Shown piece after piece: positions 1-9,964 of a stretch of 24,000 nt of DNA. The stretch is from Vibrio chanodichtyis. Lineage in GTDB: Bacteria > Pseudomonadota > Gammaproteobacteria > Enterobacterales > Vibrionaceae. The stretch's first letter is position 1; the number at the start of each line of letters is the position of its first letter. The translations under genes were made by a program, and so were the position numbers. The DNA lies in NCBI RefSeq assembly GCF_028863985.1, contig NZ_JARBFT010000012.1, positions 53,279-77,278 on the forward strand, in the 5' to 3' direction. Under the pieces are notes generated by a model, which searched no databases, had not been told where the DNA came from, and was given only the letters and a program-made list of their open reading frames with translations.

Positions 1-57
1 TCAAGCCTGAATAGGTTACACTCACACCATGATTTGTATGTTTATGAGAGCACGGCT

Positions 58-378
58 ATGTCTGCATTTTTACACATTGATGTTCAAGCCGCCCAAGCGA
101 TGCTTGAGCGCGGCCAAGCCCGACTGGTCGATATTCGCGATGGGCAATCTTTCCAACAGGCGCACGCGCAAAGTGCTTTTCATCTGACCAATCAATCGGT
201 GATCCAATTAATGGCACAAGTGGAGTTTGAACAACCGATTTTAGTGATGTGTTACCACGGCAATAGTAGCCAAGGCGCGGCCCAATATCTGGTCAACCAA
301 GGATTTGAACAAGTGTACAGCGTCGATGGCGGCTTTGAGGCTTGGCAACGCGCCAATCTCCCCACTGAAGCGAGTTAG
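58..378 (+). CDS. glpE: Thiosulfate sulfurtransferase (rhodanese) GlpE
   Basis: ORF track gives 34..378. Trimmed to the ATG at 58, which has GAGAG about 8 nt upstream and yields 106 aa. Collinear with E. coli GlpE ([39 protein letters not shown]). The active-site CYHGNSS loop is present. Confidence 0.9.
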   Translation: MSAFLHIDVQAAQAMLERGQARLVDIRDGQSFQQAHAQSAFHLTNQSVIQLMAQVEFEQPILVMCYHGNSSQGAAQYLVNQGFEQVYSVDGGFEAWQRANLPTEAS

Positions 379-383
379 CCAGC

Positions 384-1211
384 ATGCATCTACTGATCAG
401 CTTACATAATCCGCGCGCCGCGCAAGCGTTTATTGATTACATGGCAGCCCAGCACATCGAAATCCAGATCACACCAGTGGCCAACGATCGGCTGACACTG
501 TGGGTAACCCGCGAACAAGACTTTGCCGCTGCACAGGCAGAATTGCAGCTCTTTTTACACAATCCGACGGCGAAAAAATATCAAGCCGCTTCATGGCAAC
601 TTGCCAATCCACAACGCGCGCAATTTTCTTACGTGTCACCTAATTTATTCAGCCTAATTAAGGCGAAAGCCGGTGGCTTTACCTTGTTGATCATGGCTCT
701 GTGTTTGGTGATATTTACCCTGCAAAGCTTTGGCTCCGGTCAGGCAGTATTTAACGCGCTGCACTTTCCAGCCCAAGCCAGCCAACAGTGGCAAGTTTGG
801 CGCTGGGTCAGTCATGCAGTTCTGCATTTTTCCGTGCTGCACATTGCCTTCAATTTGCTATGGTGGTGGCAATTGGGGGGCGATATTGAGCAGCGTCTTG
901 GCAGCTTAAAGCTAATCAAACTGTTTGTGATCGCGGCTATCGTTTCCGGTACAGGACAATATTGGGTGGAAGGGGCCAACTTTGGTGGCCTATCTGGCGT
1001 GGTGTATGCCTTAGTCGGCTATTTGTGGGTTATTGGCCAACGTGCACCGCAACTGGGTTTATCAATACCTCGTCCACTGTTCGGCTTTATGTTGGCTTGG
1101 TTGGTGTTGGGATTTGTGCAACCTTTTCTCGCCATTGCCAACACGGCCCATTTAGCCGGATTAATCAGTGGCGTAGTCGTGGCATGGTTTGAGAGTCAAC
1201 GCACGGCATAG
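384..1211 (+). CDS. glpG: Rhomboid intramembrane serine protease GlpG
   Basis: 275 aa, starting 5 nt after the glpE stop as in the E. coli glpEG operon. Carries the N-terminal NPRAAQAFIDYM domain, HF..LHIAFNLLWWWQLGG, the catalytic GGLSGVVYAL motif and a downstream AHLAG histidine. Confidence 0.93.
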   Translation: MHLLISLHNPRAAQAFIDYMAAQHIEIQITPVANDRLTLWVTREQDFAAAQAELQLFLHNPTAKKYQAASWQLANPQRAQFSYVSPNLFSLIKAKAGGFTLLIMALCLVIFTLQSFGSGQAVFNALHFPAQASQQWQVWRWVSHAVLHFSVLHIAFNLLWWWQLGGDIEQRLGSLKLIKLFVIAAIVSGTGQYWVEGANFGGLSGVVYALVGYLWVIGQRAPQLGLSIPRPLFGFMLAWLVLGFVQPFLAIANTAHLAGLISGVVVAWFESQRTA

Positions 1212-1281
1212 GGTTAACTCTCAACCACCCACCGCAAAGTGCTTGCGAACAATCCAATCTAGCCAGTAAAACGGCGACTGG

Positions 1282-1695
1282 CTATTGGTAGATATACTTG
1301 GTAAACAGCAAATCGGCGATGATGGTGCGCCCAACTTCGGGTAATAAAATATTGTTCAAACGGCCCACCAACGACTTACGCAGATCTTCACGCCCGGCCA
1401 GAGATTTAATGGTATCTTCGGTTTGTTTACCGAGCAGCTCTACCACCGCATCACGGATCAAAGGTTGATGGCGATCGATAATCGGCAAATCCGCCGCATT
1501 GGCCACCATAATGTCAATCCGGACTTGGATATAACCTAATTTGTTGCCTTTAGTAAAAAAATTGGTGGTCAAATCTGGCTCTAAGGTGAAATAACCGAGT
1601 TGAGGGATGGTGTTGCTAGGCTGCTGCGCAACACTGGCAAAAGACAACATGCAGCTTAAAGCCAGCATAATTTGGATTAAGTAACGTTTTGGCAT
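1282..1695 (-). CDS. FliL-family (flagellar basal-body-associated FliL-like) exported or membrane-anchored protein
   Basis: 137 aa with a hydrophobic N-terminal signal/anchor (IMLALSCMLSFASVA). The body follows the FliL-family pattern (YFTLEP...N, YIQVRIDIMV, PLIRDAVVELL, GREDLRKSL, LFTKYIYQ). No other flagellar genes are nearby, so it is a stand-alone paralogue. Confidence 0.7.
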   Translation of the reverse strand: MPKRYLIQIMLALSCMLSFASVAQQPSNTIPQLGYFTLEPDLTTNFFTKGNKLGYIQVRIDIMVANAADLPIIDRHQPLIRDAVVELLGKQTEDTIKSLAGREDLRKSLVGRLNNILLPEVGRTIIADLLFTKYIYQ

Positions 1696-1898
1696 CTTAG
1701 TATCTGCTCTTTATTCTGTTCGCCATACTCGAACCTGCGGAGTCTTGTTACAATAGAGCATCCATTGCGTAAATAAAATGCTTTCCGTGTTCGAACTCTT
1801 TGATTTGGAATCAAAACCTGAGCTTTATTGTATACCCAAACCGCTCAGAGTTGCAGATAGAAATGGATTTCAGATCAAGCGTCACATTGAATAAGAAT

Positions 1899-2441
1899 AT
1901 GAATCAAATAACTTCGCTCTATTTAGCCACACTCAAACAAGCGATCTGGCAGCCACCGGAGCATATTGAGTTTCCAAGTCATTTAGCCAAACAGTGGCTG
2001 CTTGAAGCCGGCTCATTATCACGTCGTATGGCCAATTCTTGTCATCAGTTGACGGTTGAAGTGCTGAATAACCAAATCATGCCAGCAACCTCACTGCAAT
2101 CGGATGAACGGGCATTACTGGCACACGAGCAATACTTACTGCGTCAAGTCGTGATTAGCGGTGACCAGCAACCTTGGGTATTGGGGCATAGCATCATCCC
2201 GCATTCTTCGCTGCATCATCCGGAGTTTGATTTATCTCAGCAAGGTGACACGCCGCTCGGCTTAACTCTGTTTAGTGCTGAGCATGTTGAACGAGATGAA
2301 TTGCAAGTGACTTGGCTCACCACGCCATCGGGGCCACTGTTAGCTCGACGTTCTCGTTTAGCAATCAATCACAAACCGATGCTGGTGAGCGAAGTGTTTC
2401 TCGCCAGCGCACCGATTTACGCTAAGGAGAGCGTGTTATGA
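1899..2441 (+). CDS. ubiC: Chorismate pyruvate-lyase UbiC
   Basis: ORF track starts at a TTG at 1800. I prefer the ATG at 1899 (180 aa); the ATG at 1863 is also possible. Similar to E. coli UbiC in the core (SLSRRM, PWVLG.S.IP, TPLG..LF, RRSRL....[15 protein letters not shown]). The stop overlaps the ubiA start (ATGA). Confidence 0.85.
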   Translation: MNQITSLYLATLKQAIWQPPEHIEFPSHLAKQWLLEAGSLSRRMANSCHQLTVEVLNNQIMPATSLQSDERALLAHEQYLLRQVVISGDQQPWVLGHSIIPHSSLHHPEFDLSQQGDTPLGLTLFSAEHVERDELQVTWLTTPSGPLLARRSRLAINHKPMLVSEVFLASAPIYAKESVL

Positions 2442-3298
2442 ACCAAGCGAAAGCCCGTGCATATTGGCAATTGATGCGAATGGATCGCCCGATTGGCTCA
2501 CTATTGCTGCTATGGCCAACCTTGTGGGCGCTCTTTTTGGCGGCTGAAGGCTTACCGGATATGCGAGTGCTGAGCGTATTTGTCTGCGGGGTATTTTTAA
2601 TGCGCTCTGCAGGCTGTGTGATCAATGACTACGCCGATCGTCATGTTGATGGCTATGTACAACGCACCCGCCAGCGGCCACTACCCGCAGGATTAGTCAC
2701 TGCCAAGCAAGCGTTATGGCTGTTTGCCTTACTGGTGGTGAGTGCTTTTGGCTTAGTTTTAACCATGAATAGCCTGACGATCCAACTCTCGTGCATCGGT
2801 CTGCTCCTGGCTTTTATCTACCCATTTATGAAACGCTATACCCATCTGCCTCAGCTAGTGCTTGGCTTAGCGTTCAGTTGGTCGATTCCAATGGCGTGGG
2901 CAGCGCAAGCCAATGCCCTGCCTGCCTCGGTCTGGGCGCTGTTCTCGATCAACGTGCTGTGGACTATTGCTTACGATACACAATACGCGATGGTCGATAG
3001 AGAGGACGATATCAAAATTGGCATCAAATCGACGGCGATCTTATTTGGGCGTTGGGATAAACGCATTATCGGCTTACTGCAGCTAGCCAGCTTAGGGTTA
3101 CTGGTCGCTTTAGGCCAAGCGCTGACACTCAGTTCTTACTATTACTGGGGGGTGCTGATCGCCGCGGGGCTGTTTGTCTATCAACAACATCTGATCCGTT
3201 ACCGTGAGCGCAGCGCGTGCTTTCAAGCTTTTTTAAATAATAATTATGTGGGCATGGCGATCACGCTCGGCCTGTTACTCAGCGTCATCTATCCGTAA
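2438..3298 (+). CDS. ubiA: 4-hydroxybenzoate octaprenyltransferase UbiA
   Basis: 286 aa polytopic membrane protein. Has UbiA prenyltransferase motifs (NDYADRHVD and [13 protein letters not shown]) and is translationally coupled to ubiC. Confidence 0.95.
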   Translation: MNQAKARAYWQLMRMDRPIGSLLLLWPTLWALFLAAEGLPDMRVLSVFVCGVFLMRSAGCVINDYADRHVDGYVQRTRQRPLPAGLVTAKQALWLFALLVVSAFGLVLTMNSLTIQLSCIGLLLAFIYPFMKRYTHLPQLVLGLAFSWSIPMAWAAQANALPASVWALFSINVLWTIAYDTQYAMVDREDDIKIGIKSTAILFGRWDKRIIGLLQLASLGLLVALGQALTLSSYYYWGVLIAAGLFVYQQHLIRYRERSACFQAFLNNNYVGMAITLGLLLSVIYP

Positions 3299-3350
3299 TC
3301 CATCTACGCAATTCAAGCACGCTTGCCGCGGTCACCCAGGCAAGGCAACC

Positions 3351-3381
3351 AAAAAGGCATCACTAGGATGCCTTTGATTTT
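3351..3381. terminator. Bidirectional rho-independent terminator between convergent ubiA and plsB
   Basis: AAGGCATC-actag-GATGCCTT hairpin at 3354-3374. It is flanked by an A-run on the left and TGATTTTAT on the right, so a U-tract follows the stem on both strands. Confidence 0.7.
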
Positions 3382-3406
3382 ATTAGATAAGCGGCTTCAA
3401 GCTCGA

Positions 3407-5842
3407 CTATTCATCCACCTGACACAAACTCTCTTGAATGGTCATGCGCACTTCTGGAGAGATCAGCGCGTACAGTTGCCGTGCCAATGGTTGAGCACTG
3501 GCCAACACACAGCGGCCGTGGCGATCTAAATAACCTTGCTGTTGTAGCGTGACAAACAGTGCCGCAAATACCCCTTTATCAAAAAATTCTGGCGCATTAA
3601 TGCCGTGCAAACGCCCCAAGCGCTGTGCGACTTCTTGGCTTTTCTCTTCCAGCTCAGTTTTATCTAAATGCGGGCGGCTGACTAACAGATTCAGCGCAAT
3701 CGCGTAGCGTTCAAGGGTTTCGGCAATGGTTTGTCCTAACAGCATTAACACTTGAGTCTGAGCTTGATTATGCGTCAAGACATCGCCTTGCATACTCACC
3801 AAGCCTTGACTGACCAGCTCTTGCACATAGCGCAGCACCCGATCGTTAAGCTCATCTTGCTCAAAACGCAAAAACAGCTCTTGTTTTAAGAACGGATAAA
3901 TTTGCGCCACGGTGGATTGTATTTTCTCTAATGACACACTCGGCTGACGCAGCAGCAATTGCGCAATCAGAGAAGGCAGCGCCAGCAGATGGATAATGTT
4001 ATTGCGATAATAGGTCATCAAGATCGATTGGTTGCGATCCAGTGAGATAATATCGCCCATGGTATCGGTTTCCACCACAAACTTATCCAACGATTCGGCA
4101 TGCTCAACCAAGCGCTCTGCACTATCGACCGGTAGCGTTGAGGTCGCAGAATAAGGCACATTACGCAACAGCGATAAATAGCACTCAACCTGTTTGATCA
4201 GGTTATCCCGCGCCAAAGCTCGCTGACGAGAAGCCAGTAACGCGGTAGCACACAAGGTCATCGCATTCACGGCCGCCGCATCATTAATGTGAGTCATCAT
4301 GCGCGTCGCCAATTGATTCACGGTTGGTGTCATCCACTGCGGCTTACTGGTGCCCATGGGATCAATATCTTGTGTCCACTGCGGCACTGCTTCATTTAAA
4401 AACTGGTTAAGTGGGATCGGCTCACCGAAGTTGACATAACCTTGGCCAAAATTGCGCAATTTACGCAAAGTGCGTAGCACTAAGCTGGCGTTTTCTTTCT
4501 CTTTGCGCTTACCACGCAGCTCTTTGGCATAGGTCCCCACTTCCATCACATGCTCATAGCCAATGTAGACGGGCACTAAAGTGACCGGACGATTTAGGCC
4601 ACGCAACATGGCTTGAATGGTCATCGCCAACATCCCAGTTTTCGCCGGTAGCAAGCGTCCGGTGCGCGAACGGCCGCCTTCACTGAAATACTCAACCGAA
4701 TACCCTTTGGCAAAGAGCTCGGCTAAGTATTCACGAAACAGCGTGGAATAAAGTGGTGCGCCTTTAAAACTGCGGCGGATAAAAAAGGCCCCACCGCGGC
4801 GGAAAATCGGTCCAGCGGGGAAAAAGTTCAGGTTAATCCCCGCCGCAATATGCGGAGGCACCATACCTTCATGGTAGAGCACATACGACAGCAGCAGATA
4901 ATCCATATGGCTACGATGACAAGGCACATACACAATCTCATGCCCATCCTGCGCCAAACGGCGTACGGTCGCAGCATTATTGATATTCAGACCTTGGTAG
5001 ATGCGATTCCACAACCAACCTAAAACGCGATCGCCTTTTTTCACCAGCGAATAGGAAAAATCCGCGGCAATTTCATCGAGCATGTCATGCGCGGCTTTGC
5101 GCGCTTTTTCAAGCGGGATCTGTTTTGCTTGCGCTTCATCGGCGATGGCTTTTTCAATCGCTGGCGAATTCATCAAGCGTGCGAATAACTGCGCGCGCTG
5201 CGGCAAATCCGGCCCAGAAGCGGCCAGTTTTTGGCGAGAAAAGTGAATGCGTGCCACGCGCGCCAGTTTATGCGCTATCGAGGCATCCGTACCATGAGTA
5301 TCCGCCATATAACGCAAAGAGACCGCTGGGCTAAAGCGCACTAAACAGTCGCGACCAGCGGTCAGTACCGCTAGTGCTTTTTGCGCACCATTCAAGGTTT
5401 GCAAATAAGGACGCTCTTGTCCCTCTTTACCCGGCTTTCGTCCCCACAGCACAGTCGCTGGGATCACTTGTACATTCAGTTCACTGTCTAATTTATGCAC
5501 AGACAGCAACTCAGAAAACAGCGTGATTGACTCATTCGGCACATGCTGATCACGACTGAGTAGCGTTGGACGCGAAGCAATAAACACATAGCGCTGGTAG
5601 GCTTGACCATTGAGCACCAGAGGCTCAAGAGGATCGGGCAACCCAGCTTGTTTAGCGTGAGTTTGTAGCGTCAGCAAATCCACATTCGAGCGAAACGGTA
5701 ACGCGTAAATGATCGGTTGGTGGCGATCAATCGCCAGATCATGAATTGGATCAGACGGAATTGCAGTCCCTTTCACCAGTACCGACATCGGCAATTTCAG
5801 TAGTGAACGAGATAATAGGTGTCCTGAAGACATAGAGTTCAA
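3407..5842 (-). CDS. plsB: Glycerol-3-phosphate 1-O-acyltransferase PlsB
   Basis: 811 aa, collinear with E. coli PlsB (807 aa). Includes the [18 protein letters not shown] acyltransferase motif, [19 protein letters not shown] and [21 protein letters not shown]. Confidence 0.97.
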   Translation of the reverse strand: MNSMSSGHLLSRSLLKLPMSVLVKGTAIPSDPIHDLAIDRHQPIIYALPFRSNVDLLTLQTHAKQAGLPDPLEPLVLNGQAYQRYVFIASRPTLLSRDQHVPNESITLFSELLSVHKLDSELNVQVIPATVLWGRKPGKEGQERPYLQTLNGAQKALAVLTAGRDCLVRFSPAVSLRYMADTHGTDASIAHKLARVARIHFSRQKLAASGPDLPQRAQLFARLMNSPAIEKAIADEAQAKQIPLEKARKAAHDMLDEIAADFSYSLVKKGDRVLGWLWNRIYQGLNINNAATVRRLAQDGHEIVYVPCHRSHMDYLLLSYVLYHEGMVPPHIAAGINLNFFPAGPIFRRGGAFFIRRSFKGAPLYSTLFREYLAELFAKGYSVEYFSEGGRSRTGRLLPAKTGMLAMTIQAMLRGLNRPVTLVPVYIGYEHVMEVGTYAKELRGKRKEKENASLVLRTLRKLRNFGQGYVNFGEPIPLNQFLNEAVPQWTQDIDPMGTSKPQWMTPTVNQLATRMMTHINDAAAVNAMTLCATALLASRQRALARDNLIKQVECYLSLLRNVPYSATSTLPVDSAERLVEHAESLDKFVVETDTMGDIISLDRNQSILMTYYRNNIIHLLALPSLIAQLLLRQPSVSLEKIQSTVAQIYPFLKQELFLRFEQDELNDRVLRYVQELVSQGLVSMQGDVLTHNQAQTQVLMLLGQTIAETLERYAIALNLLVSRPHLDKTELEEKSQEVAQRLGRLHGINAPEFFDKGVFAALFVTLQQQGYLDRHGRCVLASAQPLARQLYALISPEVRMTIQESLCQVDE

Positions 5843-6091
5843 AGCCTCAAGATTCTTGAAATAAGCTCGACTGTATGTACTCTGATGCGCTTAGCGTGAG
5901 GCGATACACTCGTGCAGTCTGGTTTTTTGCGCGCCAAGAATACCAGAAACTGGTCAAACCTTTTAATTTTATTGCTTAGATTGGCAGCATTTCTGATGCA
6001 CAGTGGCCAACTGTCAAGACCAAGAGTGATGCATTTATGTGATTTTTCCGTGTGGTTAGCATCACTATCAGACAAAAAACCAGCAATTGGC

Positions 6092-6120
6092 TTGGCAATT
6101 TAACCGACACTGGATATACT
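6092..6120 (+). promoter_or_regulatory. Putative sigma70 promoter of lexA (-35 TTGGCA, 17-nt spacer, -10 TATACT)
   Basis: Hexamers at 6092-6097 and 6115-6120. The -10 lies inside the upstream LexA box. Position relative to the lexA ATG at 6153 is appropriate. Confidence 0.55.
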
Positions 6121-6125
6121 CACAG
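6110..6125. promoter_or_regulatory. LexA (SOS) box 1, CTGGATATACTCACAG
   Basis: Matches CTG(T/G)-N8-ACAG with an AT-rich spacer and overlaps the putative -10 of lexA. E. coli lexA also carries tandem boxes. Confidence 0.75.
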
Positions 6126-6129
6126 TCAA

Positions 6130-6145
6130 CTGTATAAAAAGACAG
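6130..6145. promoter_or_regulatory. LexA (SOS) box 2, CTGTATAAAAAGACAG
   Basis: Perfect CTGT-N8-ACAG with an AT-rich spacer. It ends 7 nt upstream of the lexA start codon and lies 4 nt downstream of box 1. Confidence 0.9.
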
Positions 6146-6152
6146 GTAACTC

Positions 6153-6782
6153 ATGAAGCCGTTAACCCCTCGCCAACAACAAGTGTTTGATCTGATCAAA
6201 ACCCAGATTGAGCAAACCGGAATGCCACCAACCCGCGCAGAAATTGCTAAAGAACTCGGTTTTCGTTCAGCGAATGCGGCGGAAGAGCACCTCAAAGCGC
6301 TAGCGCGTAAACAAGTGATTGAAATGGTGCCAGGAGCATCACGTGGGATCCGCATTCTCGTCGATCATGCCGCCAATCAAGAAGAGATAGAAAGCGGCCT
6401 GCCCTTAATCGGTCGAGTGGCGGCCGGAGAACCGATCCTCGCTCAAGAGCATGTCGAAACTCACTATCAGGTCGATCCCAACATGTTTCGCCCTCATGCC
6501 GACTTTCTGCTCCGCGTACATGGCGAAAGTATGAAAAATATCGGTATTCTTGATGGTGACCTCTTAGCGGTCCACAAAACTCAAGATGTGCGTAATGGTC
6601 AAGTCGTCGTGGCTCGAGTCGAAGATGATGTCACCGTAAAACGCTTTGAGCGCAAAGGCGCCAAAGTGCGACTGCATGCTGAAAACGAAGAATTCGCGCC
6701 AATTGAGGTCGACTTAACCGCACAATCATTGACCATTGAAGGTATTGCCGTCGGTGTGATTCGCAGCAGTGACTGGATGTAA
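6153..6782 (+). CDS. lexA: SOS repressor / autopeptidase LexA
   Basis: 209 aa, near-identical in motifs to E. coli LexA: [40 protein letters not shown], the cleavage-site VAAGEP, and the catalytic GESMK...VVVARV..DVTVKR. Confidence 0.98.
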   Translation: MKPLTPRQQQVFDLIKTQIEQTGMPPTRAEIAKELGFRSANAAEEHLKALARKQVIEMVPGASRGIRILVDHAANQEEIESGLPLIGRVAAGEPILAQEHVETHYQVDPNMFRPHADFLLRVHGESMKNIGILDGDLLAVHKTQDVRNGQVVVARVEDDVTVKRFERKGAKVRLHAENEEFAPIEVDLTAQSLTIEGIAVGVIRSSDWM

Positions 6783-6814
6783 CAGCGTTAGGATCCCCAC
6801 CATTAAATAATAAT

Positions 6815-6852
6815 GCCCATGTGCCATTTTCAACCATGGCGATGGGCTTTTA
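6815..6852 (+). terminator. Rho-independent terminator downstream of lexA
   Basis: GCCCATGTGCCAT-tttcaacc-ATGGCGATGGGC imperfect 12-13 bp stem followed by TTTTAT. Confidence 0.7.
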
Positions 6853-6993
6853 TCTCGCGGTATATCTCCATAAGTTAAGATCTATAACACTTCAAGTCCG
6901 CAGGCCACACCAATCACAATTGCCCCGATTAGCCACTCAGCATAGCTGATCTAACGGCGCTCAGTTACACTAACCGCCAATCTAGATTGAGGT

Positions 6994-8343
6994 TTGGGTG
7001 TGTCATTGATCTTGCAAACTCTGCAACAAAAAAGCGTCCATCGCCAAGTATTAGCGATCGCTTTACCTATGGTGTTATCAAATATTACCGTACCACTGCT
7101 TGGTTTAGTGGACGCGGCGGTGATTGGCCACCTCGAACATGCTTGGTACTTAGGTGGCGTGGCACTGGGCAGCACTATGATTGGCGTCACCTTTTGGTTG
7201 CTCGGCTTTCTGCGCATGTCGACAACCGGTCTCTCCGCCCAAGCCCATGGCGCTCAAAACCCACAGCAACTTGGGCAAGTATTACTGCAAAGCAGCGTGA
7301 TCGCACTTGGTTTAGCCGCGCTCTTTTTACTGGTGCATCGCCCGATCGCTGAGCTGATTTTCCAATTCAGCACCGCCAGCCTGCCAGTCAAAACTCAAGC
7401 GGCAAACTATTTCTATCTTCGCGCTTGGAGCGCGCCAGCGGCACTGCTCAATTTGGTGTTGTTAGGCTGGTTACTCGGCACTCAAAATGCTCGTGTGCCA
7501 ATGTGGATGGTGATCATCATTAACCTGACCAATATTGCGTTCGATCTCCTGTTGGTACTTGGCTTAGATTTAAAAGTTGAAGGCGCCGCGATGGCATCGG
7601 TGATCGCCGACTATACGGGTCTGATGTTTGGCCTGATGTTTGTCATTCGCTACTGGCGACAGCAACAGCTGCCTGCACCACTCAGCTTATTAACCACATT
7701 AGGTGCGCAACTATCACGTTTAGCCACCCTAAACCGAGATATTTTTCTGCGTTCACTCTGTCTGCAAGCAGTATTTAGCTTTATGACCTTTCAAGGTGCC
7801 GCCCTCGGCGATCAAACCGTGGCAGCCAATGCGGTCTTGATGAGTTTATTGATGATCATTTCCTACGGCATGGACGGATTTGCTTATGCGATGGAAGCGA
7901 TGGTCGGCAAAGCGATAGGTGGCAAAGATAACCAGCAACTACGCGCTTCGATGATAGGTAGCACTTTTTGGGCGCTGCTGATCTGTGCACTACTTAGTCT
8001 ACTTTTCTTTAGCTTGGGAACGCAGATCATTCAGATCATCACCAATATTCCCAGCGTACAAATCACTGCGGCTACCTATTTACCTTGGCTGGTGGCAATG
8101 CCGCTGATCTCCGTGTGGTGCTTTTTACTGGATGGGGTGTTTATTGGCGCGACCAAAGGGCGAGAAATGCGCAATAGCATGGCGATCGCGGCGGTGAGTT
8201 TTTTTGCGCTTTATTGGCTGAGTGCCGATCTCGGCAATCATGCGCTGTGGTTTGCCATGCTCAGCTTTATGGCGCTACGCGCTATCACCTTAGGCATCAC
8301 GCTCTATCGCCAGTGGCGATCAGGAACTTGGTTGTGGCAGTAA
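6994..8343 (+). CDS. dinF: MATE-family efflux protein DinF
   Basis: 449 aa. Start is the TTG at 6994 or the GTG at 7000 (GAGG 7 nt upstream). Collinear with E. coli DinF: LALPM..SNITVPLLGLVD.AVIGHL, FLRMSTTGL.AQA.GA.NP, LNLVLLGWLLG.Q.AR.P, NRDI.LRSL.LQ, DGFAYA.E, LLDG.FIGAT...EMRNSMA, GNHALW. Confidence 0.93.
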   Translation: MGVSLILQTLQQKSVHRQVLAIALPMVLSNITVPLLGLVDAAVIGHLEHAWYLGGVALGSTMIGVTFWLLGFLRMSTTGLSAQAHGAQNPQQLGQVLLQSSVIALGLAALFLLVHRPIAELIFQFSTASLPVKTQAANYFYLRAWSAPAALLNLVLLGWLLGTQNARVPMWMVIIINLTNIAFDLLLVLGLDLKVEGAAMASVIADYTGLMFGLMFVIRYWRQQQLPAPLSLLTTLGAQLSRLATLNRDIFLRSLCLQAVFSFMTFQGAALGDQTVAANAVLMSLLMIISYGMDGFAYAMEAMVGKAIGGKDNQQLRASMIGSTFWALLICALLSLLFFSLGTQIIQIITNIPSVQITAATYLPWLVAMPLISVWCFLLDGVFIGATKGREMRNSMAIAAVSFFALYWLSADLGNHALWFAMLSFMALRAITLGITLYRQWRSGTWLWQ

Positions 8344-8368
8344 AAAATCGGGGCACATTGTGTGCCCC
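8342..8368 (-). terminator. Rho-independent terminator of the tat operon (also a hairpin at the dinF 3' end)
   Basis: GGGGCACA-ttg-TGTGCCCC stem at 8350-8368. A plus-strand A6 run precedes it at 8342-8347, giving a U-tract after the stem on the minus strand. It sits between the convergent dinF and tatC stops. Confidence 0.75.
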
Positions 8369-8391
8369 ATGCATGCCATAACCGCTGCCTG

Positions 8392-9141
8392 CTAATCCTC
8401 AGCTGAGGGGGGGGTGGCATTGTCTCGAGTATAAAATCTGGCAAAAAACAGCCCGACTTCAAATAACAAACACATCGGTATCGCCAGCAAGGTTTGCGAA
8501 ATCATATCTGGTGGCGTCAAGAACATGCCCACCACAAACGCCCCAACGATAATGTATGGCCGTTTTTGCGACAGGCTACTTGGCGTGGTGGCACCGGTCC
8601 AACACAGTAAAATAATCGCCACCGGCACTTCAAAGGCAATCCCAAAGGCTAAAAACAGCGCCAACACAAAATCGAGATAGCTGGCAATATCGGTAGCGAA
8701 CTCTACGCCACTTAAGGAAATCGCCGTGAAAAAACCGAACACTAATGGAAAAACCACAAAGTAAGCAAACGCGACCCCACAGTAAAACAGCAGTGAACTT
8801 GAAACCAACAGTGGAAAAATTAACCTCCGCTCATGCTTATACAATCCTGGCGCGACAAATGCCCAGACTTGATAAAGAATAAATGGCACTGAAATAAATA
8901 CCGCGGCAATCAAGGTCAGTTTCAACGGGGTGAAAAACGGTGACGCCACATCGGTTGCGATCATCGTGGCCCCAGCCGGCAGCCTTTCCACTAGCGGTTT
9001 GGAGACAAATTGGTAAATCTCATTGGAAAAATAGATCAAACCAATAAACACCACCACCACCGCCGCAACGGCTTTCAGTAGACGATCACGCAATTCCAAT
9101 AAATGGCTGATTAAAGGTTGGGGTTGTTCAACGGAAGACAT
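8392..9141 (-). CDS. tatC: Twin-arginine translocase subunit TatC
   Basis: 249 aa, collinear with E. coli TatC from residue 1: [81 protein letters not shown] lies 6 nt upstream of the ATG. Confidence 0.97.
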   Translation of the reverse strand: MSSVEQPQPLISHLLELRDRLLKAVAAVVVVFIGLIYFSNEIYQFVSKPLVERLPAGATMIATDVASPFFTPLKLTLIAAVFISVPFILYQVWAFVAPGLYKHERRLIFPLLVSSSLLFYCGVAFAYFVVFPLVFGFFTAISLSGVEFATDIASYLDFVLALFLAFGIAFEVPVAIILLCWTGATTPSSLSQKRPYIIVGAFVVGMFLTPPDMISQTLLAIPMCLLFEVGLFFARFYTRDNATPPSAED

Positions 9142-9161
9142 GCAAACCTCATGTAGCAGAT

Positions 9162-9195
9162 CAAAAAAGAGTTATCGCATCGAGGATAACTCTTT
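9162..9195 (-). terminator. Terminator-like hairpin inside the tatB-tatC spacer (possible attenuator)
   Basis: The minus strand reads AAAGAGTTATC-ctcgatgc-GATAACTCTTT followed by TTTG. That is a perfect 11-bp inverted repeat, AT-rich with 3 G:C pairs, running into a T6 run. Confidence 0.5.
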
Positions 9196-9242
9196 GTGAA
9201 GACAGTTTAGTTTGGGAAGACAATCGAGTCAGCGCACATCGC

Positions 9243-9650
9243 TTAATCGGTCTTGTTAACCGGCGCTGGCGCGACACTCTCAAGATGCGGATCCGGCTCA
9301 ACAACCACATCCTTCTCACCACTCACAGAGTCGGATTGGGTGTCATTGGCTGATGGATCCGCATAAGGGCGCTGTACTTGCTGCGCGGCTTGCTTGAGTG
9401 ATTCGACCGATTGTTGCAGCTCTGGCGATAAATTTTGCATCCCCATCTGCTCGGCTTTGCGCAGGTTTTCTTGCAGTTCCTGCACTTTCAACTCGCGCGC
9501 CAGCTCGTCTTTAACGCTATTAGCCATGCTTTTCGCCGTGGAGACAAACTTAGCAATGCTGCGAATCGCATGCGGTAATCGCTCCGGACCGAGCACCACC
9601 AGTGCCACAATCGCGATCAACACCAGCTCCCAAAAACCGACATCAAACAC
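9243..9650 (-). CDS. tatB: Twin-arginine translocase subunit TatB
   Basis: 135 aa. The N-terminus MFD.GF.EL......[10 protein letters not shown] matches TatB, followed by an amphipathic helix and an acidic/Pro-rich tail. It begins 3 nt after the tatA stop. Confidence 0.93.
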   Translation of the reverse strand: MFDVGFWELVLIAIVALVVLGPERLPHAIRSIAKFVSTAKSMANSVKDELARELKVQELQENLRKAEQMGMQNLSPELQQSVESLKQAAQQVQRPYADPSANDTQSDSVSGEKDVVVEPDPHLESVAPAPVNKTD

Positions 9651-9653
9651 GAT

Positions 9654-9908
9654 TTAAGCCTGCTCTTTGTCTTTTTTCACTTCAGCGGTCGCATTGGTTT
9701 GCGGCTGCTCAAGGTTTTTGGTTGCAAAATCAGCATCTTTCTGTTGATTGGCGGTTGTGGTGTTTGCTTCGTCTTCCGACATCGCTTTCTTAAAGCCTTT
9801 GACCGCACTACCTAAATCACCACCAATACCACGCAGTTTCTTGGTGCCAAACAGCAATACCACGATAACGGCGATGATAAGAAGTTGCCAAATACTGATA
9901 CCACCCAT
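9654..9908 (-). CDS. tatA: Twin-arginine translocase subunit TatA
   Basis: 84 aa. [39 protein letters not shown] is canonical TatA. GAGGT lies 8 nt upstream. Confidence 0.95.
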   Translation of the reverse strand: MGGISIWQLLIIAVIVVLLFGTKKLRGIGGDLGSAVKGFKKAMSEDEANTTTANQQKDADFATKNLEQPQTNATAEVKKDKEQA

Positions 9909-9964
9909 TTTTTTTACCTCGGGTTATGTGAATAAATCTTCGAACACCACCAAGCGCGATTGCG

